Origin: Candidatus Pacearchaeota archaeon
Lineage (GTDB): Archaea > Nanobdellota > Nanobdellia > Pacearchaeales > GW2011-AR1
Assembly (NCBI GenBank): GCA_002731115.1
Contig: PBZO01000004.1
Span: forward strand, 1 to 47,857
DNA: 47,857 bases
Direction of reading: 5' to 3'
Part shown: in pieces, positions 34,363 to 42,508 of the stretch
Layout: each line of letters begins with the position of its first letter
Position numbering within the stretch: the first letter of the stretch is position 1
Translations under genes and position numbers: made by a program
Notes under the pieces: model-generated
What the model was told of the DNA's origin: nothing
The model's input: only the letters and a program-made list of their open reading frames with translations
Database searches by the model: none

Positions 34363-34785
34363 ATGATATACACAAATTCTGATGGGGGTGCAAGAGGTAA
34401 TCCGGGACCAGGGGCAATAGGTGTTATTGTAAGACAAGATGGAGAAATTCTTACAAAATATAGTTCAAAAATAGGGGATAATGTTACAAATAATATTGCA
34501 GAATATGAGGGTTTAATTAAAGCTCTTGAACTTGCTTCAGAAATAACTACTGATGAAGTTACTTGTCTTTTAGATTCTGAATTGGTAGTAAAACAACTCT
34601 TAGGAAAATATAGAGTTAGAAATCCTAGATTACTTGAATTATTTTTAAAAGTCCAAAAAATCCAGGAGAAATTTAAGAAGATTATTTACAAACACGTCTC
34701 ACGATGGGACACTTACCAAATCATAGTTGATGAATTATTAAATAAAGAATTAGATAAACACGGACATACCCGATATAGGAAATAA
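34363..34785 (+). CDS. rnhA: RNase HI (type 1 RNase H)
   Basis: DGGARGNPGPGAIGVIV (Asp), NNIAEYEGLIKALE (Glu), LDSELVVKQL (Asp), C-terminal VDEL. Confidence 0.75.
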   Translation: MIYTNSDGGARGNPGPGAIGVIVRQDGEILTKYSSKIGDNVTNNIAEYEGLIKALELASEITTDEVTCLLDSELVVKQLLGKYRVRNPRLLELFLKVQKIQEKFKKIIYKHVSRWDTYQIIVDELLNKELDKHGHTRYRK

Positions 34786-34812
34786 TTTAAACTAAAATCT
34801 TCTAATCTAAAT

Positions 34813-36267
34813 ATGGGTCGTGAAGATCAAATAATTAAAGAGAGGTTGAGAAAACTTAAGGAATTAAGGGAAGAAGGAATAAATCCTTATCCTAATAAGT
34901 TTGATAAAAAACAAACTTGTCTAGAATGTTCAAAATCCAAGATAGGAACAAAAGTCAAAACAGCTGGAAGATTAATGACTAAAAGAGATTTAGGAAAAAT
35001 TATTTTTTGTACACTAAGGGATGAGCTTGGACAAACACAATTAGTTCTACGAGATAAAGAAACACCCAAAAAAGAAAAAAAGTTTTTTAAAAAATACGTT
35101 GATTCAGGGGATTTTGTGGGAGTTCAAGGAGAAATAATAAAAACAAAAACCGGAGAGATTTCAATCTTGGTAAAAAGAATAGAATTGCTCTCAAAATCAA
35201 TTTTACCTCTGCCAGAAAAAAGAAAAGGAATTCAAAACGATGAAGATAGGTACAGAAAAAGATATCTAGATATTTTGATGAATCCTGAAGTAAAAGAAAT
35301 GTTCATAAAAAAATCAAAATTCTGGAATACAATTAGAGGATTCTTAATGGGCAAGGGTTTTTTAGAAGTTGAGACCCCTATCTTAGAGAGTTCTGCAGGA
35401 GGAGCTTCTGCAACTCCTTTTTCAACTCATCATAATGCACTGGATCTTGACGTGTTTCTAAGAATTTCCATGGGAGAACTCTGGCAAAAAAAATTAATGG
35501 TTGCAGGTTATGAAAAAACTTTTGAGATTGGAAGACAGTTCAGAAATGAAGGAATGGATATGGATCATTTACAAGACTATACTCAAATGGAATTTTATTG
35601 GAGTTATGCAAATTATCGAGATGGAATGAAATTAGTTGAAGAAATGTACAAAAAAGTTGCTAAAGAAGTCTTTGGAACTTTGAAATTTGAAACTTATGGC
35701 TATAAACTTGATTTAGGAAAAAGATGGGAAGAATATGATTTTGAAAAAGTAATAAAAAAATATACAAAAATAGATATCTACAAAACAACTGAAAAAGAAA
35801 TTGAAAAAAAATTAAAAGAATTAAAAGTAGAGTATGATCCAAGAGTCAATAAGTGGAGGCTCATTGATGTTTTATGGAAATATTGTAGAAAAAAATTAAC
35901 TGGCCCAGGGTTTTTGGTTGGTCAGCCTGTAGAAATTGAACCTTTGGCAAAAAGAATTCCAGAAGATCCAAGAAAAGTTCAGGAATTTCAAGTTATAATT
36001 GCTGGAACGGAGATGGGAAAAGGATATAGTGAACTTAATGACCCAATTGACCAGGAAGAAAGATTCAAAACACAAGCAGAATTAAAAAAAGCCGGGGACA
36101 CCGATGCCCAAGAACATGACAAAGATTTTGTTGAAGCATTAAAACAGGGTATGCCCCCAACTTGTGGCTTTGGAGTCTCAGAAAGATTATTCTCATATTT
36201 AGCTGGCAAACCAATAAGAGAATGCGTGATTTTTCCTTTAATGAAACCAGAAGAAAAAGGAGGTTAA
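34813..36267 (+). CDS. lysS: lysine--tRNA ligase, class II
   Basis: OB-fold N-terminus, motif 1 GFLEVETPIL, motif 2 FEIGRQFRNEG, motif 3 GFGVSERL. Confidence 0.9.
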   Translation: MGREDQIIKERLRKLKELREEGINPYPNKFDKKQTCLECSKSKIGTKVKTAGRLMTKRDLGKIIFCTLRDELGQTQLVLRDKETPKKEKKFFKKYVDSGDFVGVQGEIIKTKTGEISILVKRIELLSKSILPLPEKRKGIQNDEDRYRKRYLDILMNPEVKEMFIKKSKFWNTIRGFLMGKGFLEVETPILESSAGGASATPFSTHHNALDLDVFLRISMGELWQKKLMVAGYEKTFEIGRQFRNEGMDMDHLQDYTQMEFYWSYANYRDGMKLVEEMYKKVAKEVFGTLKFETYGYKLDLGKRWEEYDFEKVIKKYTKIDIYKTTEKEIEKKLKELKVEYDPRVNKWRLIDVLWKYCRKKLTGPGFLVGQPVEIEPLAKRIPEDPRKVQEFQVIIAGTEMGKGYSELNDPIDQEERFKTQAELKKAGDTDAQEHDKDFVEALKQGMPPTCGFGVSERLFSYLAGKPIRECVIFPLMKPEEKGG

Positions 36268-36268
36268 A

Positions 36269-36454
36269 ATGCCATTAATTGTTAAAAGTAATATAAAAAA
36301 AGTTGTAAAGGAATTGGATAAAGAAAATGCAGTTTCAAGTGTTGCAGAAGAAGTTAGTATAGCTCTTGAAAGAAAAACAGAAGACCTCCTGATTAATGCA
36401 ATAAAAAGAGCAAAGGCAAATGGAAGAAGAACTCTACAGGCAAGAGATTTATAA
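36269..36454 (+). CDS. short histone-fold DNA-binding protein (61 aa)
   Basis: AVSSVAEEVSIALERKTEDLLINAIKRAKANGRRTLQARDL aligns by eye with archaeal histone alpha2-L2 (..ARHAGRKTIKAEDI..). The protein ends 4 residues into where alpha3 would be. Confidence 0.55.
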   Translation: MPLIVKSNIKKVVKELDKENAVSSVAEEVSIALERKTEDLLINAIKRAKANGRRTLQARDL

Positions 36455-36459
36455 CTAAA

Positions 36460-36852
36460 ATGCCGAAAAATAAAGCAAAAGGAAGTAAAGCTGAAAGAGA
36501 ATTATTCCAGAAATTTATTGATGACGGAAGATATCGTATTGGGAGAATAGCTGGATCAGGAACAATGGAAAACGCGGATTGTGATTTAATTGCAGGGAAA
36601 AAAGGGAAAAAATTCGCAATTGAAGTTAAGTCAAGTAAAAAACCAGTAAAATATATTTCTAAAGAGCAAATAAATAATTTTATTGTTTTCTCTGAGATTT
36701 TTGGACTTAAACCAATTATTGCATTAAGATTTAATCGAGAAGGGTGGTTGTTTATTAATCCTAAATATTTAAGAGATACTGGAAAAAATTGGGTTATCAC
36801 ATTAAAAGAAGCACAAAAAAAAGGAAAAAAATTCTCGCAGTTTTTTAAGTGA
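36460..36852 (+). CDS. hjc: Holliday junction resolvase Hjc
   Basis: KGSKAERELFQKFIDDG...IAGSG...DLIAGKKGKKFAIEVKSSK nuclease motif (E...D...E-x-K). Confidence 0.75.
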   Translation: MPKNKAKGSKAERELFQKFIDDGRYRIGRIAGSGTMENADCDLIAGKKGKKFAIEVKSSKKPVKYISKEQINNFIVFSEIFGLKPIIALRFNREGWLFINPKYLRDTGKNWVITLKEAQKKGKKFSQFFK

Positions 36853-37080
36853 TTAACAAGTAATTCTAGCAACAATCTTACTAGCAAAAGGAGATATAAT
36901 TAAAGCTATTGGAAAAGCTATAATAAAACCTACAAGAAATGCCTCAGCCCAAATAGTTAAAAAATTAGGGGCAAAACCCATGTTTACTAATACCATTGCA
37001 AAAGACATCACTAAAGACATCATAAAACCCATTATTAATCCGAATAGTAAAGGGGCATATCTTCTTGATAAAGGTTTCAT
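36853..37080 (-). CDS. small membrane protein (DUF2798-like)
   Basis: Two hydrophobic helices, RYAPLLFGLIMGFMMSLVMSF...WAEAFLVGFIIAFPIALIISP. Convergent with hjc with zero spacing. Confidence 0.5.
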   Translation of the reverse strand: MKPLSRRYAPLLFGLIMGFMMSLVMSFAMVLVNMGFAPNFLTIWAEAFLVGFIIAFPIALIISPFASKIVARITC

Positions 37081-37124
37081 ATCCTCTATAAAATATAATT
37101 ATATATAAATATTTCTCAATAACA

Positions 37125-38024
37125 ATGCTTAAAAATAATCTAACTTTTATAACTATAATGAGATACTTATTAGTAATTTTGTTTGTTTTAATTATTCCAA
37201 ACATTTCTGCAGTAATTATTTCAGAAATTATGTATTCTCCAAATTTTGATGAAAACTACAATGAATGGGTTGAAATATATAATGAAGGGTCGGATGTTAA
37301 TTTAAGTAATTGGAGTTTGTGTGGCAAAGATATCTTAGAAGGCTATATAGATCATAATGAAGCTGAAGCTCTAAAAAATGAAGGAGGATTAATCTTGACT
37401 GCTGGAAGTTATGCTATTATCACAGATGGGGGCAGTGGAACAGAAGTTTATTCAAATTTTGATGTTTCCGGGTTAGCATTACATGTAGACGCAGCAAGCC
37501 TATGTGGAAGACTTTCTAATACTGGAAAAGAGATTTCTTTAGAAGACAATCAAGAAAGTTTAATTGATAGTGTTGCATATAGTCCTGATTGGGGTGCACA
37601 AGACAATAATAATAGTTTGCAGTTTGACGGGGAATGGTGTGAAGCTATATCAACTCCTGGAAATGAAAATAATTGTGGAATAGAAGAAATTCAAGAAGAA
37701 ATAACAGAAACAGAATCACCAGAGATTGTTGAAGATTCTAATGAAATCCTTGAAGAAGTAATATCTAACGAAATTGAAGTATCTGAAGAAATAGAGGAGG
37801 ATGTCAAAAAAGAACTAACTGGTTTATCTATTGAAGAAGATAAACCGGAAAATATTGAATTAAGTATAATAAAACTAAATCCAAAAGACATAAAAACTGA
37901 AGAGAATAAGGAATATTTAGGTATAGAAAGTTATGCAATGTATGGATTTGTATCTTTTTGTATATTGCTTACTATTCTTTTTATATTTAGGAAAAATAAG
38001 TTTAATAAAAATGAGTTTAATTAG
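37125..38024 (+). CDS. lamin tail domain (LTD) surface protein with acidic stalk and C-terminal TM anchor
   Basis: VIISEIMYSPNFDENYNEWVEIYNEGSDVNLSNWSL...SNTGKEISLEDNQESLIDSVAY LTD pattern. Signal anchor, E-rich linker, TM plus RKNKFNK tail. Confidence 0.7.
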   Translation: MLKNNLTFITIMRYLLVILFVLIIPNISAVIISEIMYSPNFDENYNEWVEIYNEGSDVNLSNWSLCGKDILEGYIDHNEAEALKNEGGLILTAGSYAIITDGGSGTEVYSNFDVSGLALHVDAASLCGRLSNTGKEISLEDNQESLIDSVAYSPDWGAQDNNNSLQFDGEWCEAISTPGNENNCGIEEIQEEITETESPEIVEDSNEILEEVISNEIEVSEEIEEDVKKELTGLSIEEDKPENIELSIIKLNPKDIKTEENKEYLGIESYAMYGFVSFCILLTILFIFRKNKFNKNEFN

Positions 38025-38457
38025 TCAAGAAACAAAAAATATCAGAGTAATGATGGTAATTGAAGTCCTAGGAAGACCTCCGAAACATTTAGAGAAAACT
38101 TTAAATGATATAATTAGTAAAATTGATAATGAAAAAGGAGTTAGTGTTAAGACTAAAAAAATAAATAAACCGACACTTGTAAAAGATCAAAAAGATTTTT
38201 ATACAAATTTTGTTGAAATCGAAGTTGAAATCGAAGAAATATTATCTCTTGCAATATTATTATTTAAATATATGCCTGCACATATTGAGATAATTCATCC
38301 TGAATTAATTGCCCTAACAAATAATGGTTGGAATGATATCTTAAATGAACTTACAAGAAGACTTCATGGGTATGATGAGATAGCAAGAGTAATCCAGGTA
38401 GAAAAGGGGATTTTAGAGAAGAGATTAAGAGATGTCCTTGAAAAAAATAAAAAATAA
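38011..38457 (+). CDS. hypothetical cytoplasmic protein (149 aa)
   Basis: I prefer the ATG at 38011 (MSLISQETKN); the earlier part of the track ORF overlaps the LTD gene. No motif recognised. Confidence 0.45.
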   Translation: MSLISQETKNIRVMMVIEVLGRPPKHLEKTLNDIISKIDNEKGVSVKTKKINKPTLVKDQKDFYTNFVEIEVEIEEILSLAILLFKYMPAHIEIIHPELIALTNNGWNDILNELTRRLHGYDEIARVIQVEKGILEKRLRDVLEKNKK

Positions 38458-39669
38458 TTATTTCTTTCCTTTAGCTATCTTTAATAAATCAATATCTTTT
38501 TTTGTCCCTCGGTATTTATTCTTAAAAAACCAATATAAAAATCCAATAATTAAAAGAACAATTATCCATCCAATTATTTTCCCTGTTGAACTTTCTTTTG
38601 CTTCACTGCATTCTCCTAAACAACAAACTCCATCTTTTGCATGTTTTGTTTCTCCAGAACATTCTAAATCACAAATAATTCCTTCAAGTTCTAAACAAGT
38701 AGCAGATGTTGTTGATACTTCTCCATCTGATGGGACATAATCTTTTAGAAAATCTAAATTAATTGCTAAGTAAGAATAGATAGTACTATTTTCATTTGAT
38801 TCTTTAGCTATTATTTGCCCCTCAACTTGTTTTTCTTCATCATCAGATGACATAGTAAGTTCAATTTTAATACTAGAATCCTTTTTTAACTCATCAACTT
38901 CTTCTATTGAAAAAGAAACATATTGCTTTAATGAATCAGAAACAGATAAAGATATATCCTCTAATGTTTTCTTACCCGTATTTTCTAGATAAACTATTCT
39001 TGTAGTTTCTGAATTTGTAGACATAGAAACATTAAAAATAGAAGGTTCAAATCTAAAATCTCTTTCCTTATCTCCTGTTTTGTCTGAAAAAGTATAAATT
39101 GGAATTTCATATATTAGATTATTTGTACTTAATTCAATTATTTTATTTTGTCCTATATCTTCTAATTTAAAATATATCTTTTTAATTTCACCAGAGATTA
39201 ATGTTACTACATCTTCATTTATATTTGACTTAATATTAATCTTTTCATTTTGCAAATTTTGGACAGTGATTTCAGAATCGTTTTCTGATATAATAAAACC
39301 AGGATTTATAAAAAAATCAGCTGTATCATTATTTATTGAAAAGTTTCTAACAATATCCTTGTAACTTACTTCTCTTCCATCCATATATTCTATGTCTTCT
39401 ATGGATATTGAATAATCATTCTGGGTTTCTGGTAATAATGCATAAATATAAAATTCATTATCTATCTTTGCAACATTATACTCCATTGGAACTCTTACAT
39501 GACCTCTGTAAAAAAATATATTTTCCTTGAGAATTGGTTTAATAAAGTTTCCAGAAACTTTTGCAATAAGAGTTTCTCCTTGCTTAAACTCAGATTTTAT
39601 ATCAAACTCAACTGATGAGATAATTGGGAAAACTAACAATAAAATCATTAAGATAATTATCTTTCTCAT
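38458..39669 (-). CDS. secreted surface protein with juxtamembrane Cys module and C-terminal TM anchor
   Basis: Signal peptide MRKIIILMILLLVFPIISS (ATG at 39669), beta-rich body, CLELEGIICDLECSGETKHAKDGVCCLGECSE, TM, basic tail. Confidence 0.6.
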   Translation of the reverse strand: MRKIIILMILLLVFPIISSVEFDIKSEFKQGETLIAKVSGNFIKPILKENIFFYRGHVRVPMEYNVAKIDNEFYIYALLPETQNDYSISIEDIEYMDGREVSYKDIVRNFSINNDTADFFINPGFIISENDSEITVQNLQNEKINIKSNINEDVVTLISGEIKKIYFKLEDIGQNKIIELSTNNLIYEIPIYTFSDKTGDKERDFRFEPSIFNVSMSTNSETTRIVYLENTGKKTLEDISLSVSDSLKQYVSFSIEEVDELKKDSSIKIELTMSSDDEEKQVEGQIIAKESNENSTIYSYLAINLDFLKDYVPSDGEVSTTSATCLELEGIICDLECSGETKHAKDGVCCLGECSEAKESSTGKIIGWIIVLLIIGFLYWFFKNKYRGTKKDIDLLKIAKGKK

Positions 39670-39822
39670 TTTTATAAAAGAAATCAATAGTTAATAAAGT
39701 TTTATTTACAAGGTAATTTCAAGATATCTTAATCTCTATTAATTTGATAGTAGTAACAAATAGGAAAATTTATAAAGGGTTTATACTCTAGAATAATATC
39801 GAATTTCATACTTGGAAGAGTG

Positions 39823-40491
39823 ATGAAAGGAAATAAAAATAATATGAAAAACAATAAAAAACTAAGTGGATTACAAAAGTTAGGAGTAGCTGGTGCATTT
39901 GTTGCAGGAATTAGTGGAGGATTAATAAATAAAGTTTATGCTAAAGAAAATCCTTTAAGAGAAGACATTAAAAAAGTTGAAAGATTTGTTAGAGAAAACT
40001 ATACTTCTAATGGAACTCAAATGTTTAATGGTAAACCAACTGATTTCTTTGAATATAAAGGGAAAAATTTTGAAGTAAATGTAAACGATTTTGGAGTATT
40101 AATAAAAAGTATGTATAAGAATAGTGAAAGAATTCTATATGATTCAAGAGAAAATAAACTTGGAACACTTGATTCCTTAACATTAGTAGAAGGTCATCCA
40201 AATAAAAGTGAACAATTACAATTGGAATTAGAAGCTTATGCAAGAAATAATCCTCAAATGATAAAAACACATATGGAAATGGAGAATATGATGATTAGGG
40301 GTGCTAAATTAGGTCCAAAACAAAAACTCTCTACTAATAGAACTTTATTTAAGAGAGGAGAAGATAATTCTATTTGGGGTTATGACTTTAGTAAACAAGA
40401 ATTATTTAAGGATAAAAGATTTCTACCAAAGTTACAAAATATTCTTGCACAAGAAGTTAATTATATTAAGAAAAAAGTTTTAAAGAAATAA
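39823..40491 (+). CDS. hypothetical secreted protein
   Basis: Basic N-terminus plus hydrophobic LGVAGAFVAGISGGLINKVYA signal-like segment. ATG at 39823 (the track start at 39820 is GTG). Confidence 0.45.
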   Translation: MKGNKNNMKNNKKLSGLQKLGVAGAFVAGISGGLINKVYAKENPLREDIKKVERFVRENYTSNGTQMFNGKPTDFFEYKGKNFEVNVNDFGVLIKSMYKNSERILYDSRENKLGTLDSLTLVEGHPNKSEQLQLELEAYARNNPQMIKTHMEMENMMIRGAKLGPKQKLSTNRTLFKRGEDNSIWGYDFSKQELFKDKRFLPKLQNILAQEVNYIKKKVLKK

Positions 40492-40579
40492 TTTTTTATT
40501 CTTAAAAATTACACAATTATAGAGAATTTGTTTTTTTTTACCATCTCAAAACTTTATCCTTTTAACTTAAATTTATTTT

Positions 40580-42376
40580 TTATTTCCCCATCTCTTTAAG
40601 CTTTTTTAAAACTTCACCTAATTCTCCACTTTTTCTAACTGGATGAGCACTTCTTATGGGAGGCCTAGGGGGTTGTGGAGGTATCTTTCTTTGAATCATT
40701 CTTTGTGGTGGACTTCCCGGAGGATGTCCTGGTTTTGGTTTTCCTCCTCCAGCTCCTGATTTAAATTTATCAAATTTAGATTTTGCCTTAAACCAATAAG
40801 GCCTTAATTTATCTCTAAAAATTATTCCAAAAACAACTAAAATAATCAAAATTAAGAAAAACCATATCCAAAAATAATTTATGCTTGTTGAAGTCTTTTG
40901 AATACAACAAGTATCTGTACTAAAATCACATGAATACAGGGATTCTTCTTCATTATTAGCACATTTACCCTTGCATGTTCCAAAATTTGTTTTACACCCT
41001 GATTCTTCAATTGGCTCTCTACAATCTCCTCCAAAACAACAATCCTGTCCTAATTCTAAATCATATGTATCTTCGGTTCTTCCATTAATACAATCTTGAT
41101 CTGAATTACAAATTTCTCCTCCCAATTCATTACAACTTTCTGTAGATCTTGGTTTATCACAACATTTAAAGAGTGCTGAACAAGAATATCCCTCAAGAAT
41201 TTGTCCAGGACAATCTCCTCCAGACATACAATTATACCCTGCATCTTCACAATCAACATCAGACCCATCTCCGCCAACAACTCTTAATGGCCCTTTTGCC
41301 CAAACAGAATACAAGATAAATGCTGTACTTTTTACATTTCCATTATCCCAACATCCACTTGAATCTTGAGCTTCAAGTAACCAATTAATGGTATTTGTTT
41401 TTTCCTGAGCTTCTTCATATTGAAATGGATATAATGCAACAGCAGTATCATAAAATTTATCTCCTGATTCCATCCACCATTGACTAGATTTTTGTTTTAA
41501 AAGTAAATTATTACGATATTCGGGATAACCTGTTAGATAATATAAAAAGGCTTCTGGAAGAAATTGTGTATTGTCTTCATCATCTACCATTGTAACTAAA
41601 TAAGGCATATAATGAGCTGTATCATAATCTAAAGAATTTAAAACTAATGCAGACCACAGACTTCCTTCATAATTACAAGACCCTCCTTCTTCAAAACATA
41701 AGGAATTAACTTTCTCGGTAGTTGTGCCTCCTGCTGCTGCTGAACTTGTTTCCTCTGAAACATGAATAGTTGAAGAAGTTATCTTTTTAAATAATAGTGA
41801 AGTGAGAAATGATTTATTACAAGATATCTCAAATTCATTATCATAACATGTTGGATTAACTTTTAACCAATAACGCCCATCAGAAGGAGTTAAACAATTT
41901 CCTGCTCCAGAATTTACTTTTTTATCATCTCCAACTTCTACTGAATAGGATGAACCTTCATAAGTTATTGAGCAAGTTGTTTTTTCTGAACTTTCAATTT
42001 GTAAAAGCCAATCAAGATTTGTTGGAGTTGTGTTTTGAGAAATAATCCATTCTTTTGCATCATTAATTCCCCCTCCTGTATTATCCAATGCTAAAATTGC
42101 TTGGGCAGTTGATTTTAAATTACAGTTAGAACTTGGCCAACATTCATCATTCATTGAATCATCCATAACTTCACTTTTACAATCTCCTACTGCAAGTAAT
42201 GAAAAAATTCTTTCTTCTGGAGAAAGACTAGAACAACTATCTCTTACTTTTTCCTTAAGGCAATCTTGTGCCTTATTAACCTTACAAGATTCATCACATT
42301 CTTCAGAACTCTCTGCAATTACAAAAGAAATTAGAAATATAATCAAAACCGTAAATAAAAGCACCTTCTTTCTCAT
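40580..42376 (-). CDS. secreted alpha/alpha-toroid-like (prenyltransferase/terpene-cyclase-like repeat) protein with Cys-rich stalk, TM anchor and Pro-rich cytoplasmic tail
   Basis: Signal peptide. Repeats AQAILALDNTGG, SLWSALVLNSL, YDTAVALYPF, WLLEAQDSSGCWDNG..STAFILYSVW. Cys-rich stalk with CNELGGEICNSDQDC...GQDCCFGGDCRE. TM, then tail GGGKPKPGHPPGSPPQ...PPQPPRPP. The fold assignment is tentative. Confidence 0.6.
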   Translation of the reverse strand: MRKKVLLFTVLIIFLISFVIAESSEECDESCKVNKAQDCLKEKVRDSCSSLSPEERIFSLLAVGDCKSEVMDDSMNDECWPSSNCNLKSTAQAILALDNTGGGINDAKEWIISQNTTPTNLDWLLQIESSEKTTCSITYEGSSYSVEVGDDKKVNSGAGNCLTPSDGRYWLKVNPTCYDNEFEISCNKSFLTSLLFKKITSSTIHVSEETSSAAAGGTTTEKVNSLCFEEGGSCNYEGSLWSALVLNSLDYDTAHYMPYLVTMVDDEDNTQFLPEAFLYYLTGYPEYRNNLLLKQKSSQWWMESGDKFYDTAVALYPFQYEEAQEKTNTINWLLEAQDSSGCWDNGNVKSTAFILYSVWAKGPLRVVGGDGSDVDCEDAGYNCMSGGDCPGQILEGYSCSALFKCCDKPRSTESCNELGGEICNSDQDCINGRTEDTYDLELGQDCCFGGDCREPIEESGCKTNFGTCKGKCANNEEESLYSCDFSTDTCCIQKTSTSINYFWIWFFLILIILVVFGIIFRDKLRPYWFKAKSKFDKFKSGAGGGKPKPGHPPGSPPQRMIQRKIPPQPPRPPIRSAHPVRKSGELGEVLKKLKEMGK

Positions 42377-42508
42377 AATACCTATAATTAATTGTTGTTT
42401 TTAAAGATTTCTTAGATAAACCCCCTAATAGGAGATTATCAAATCTTAAATACTAATTTTAATTATCGTGTTATTTTATTCTTTGAACAAAAGAAGGATT
42501 AGATAATT

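Noticed and set aside
36393-37204. Minus-strand ORFs 36393-36887 (164 aa) and 36965-37204 (79 aa)
   Set aside because: The first fully overlaps hjc and the histone gene tail and has a Leu/Phe-rich antisense-type composition. The second overlaps the DUF2798-like gene and the LTD gene start. Recognisable proteins on the other frame or strand explain the region.
38432-38740. Plus-strand 102-aa ORF
   Set aside because: It overlaps the 3' end of the minus-strand surface protein gene (38458-39669), whose TM and Cys-module reading is coherent. It has no independent support.
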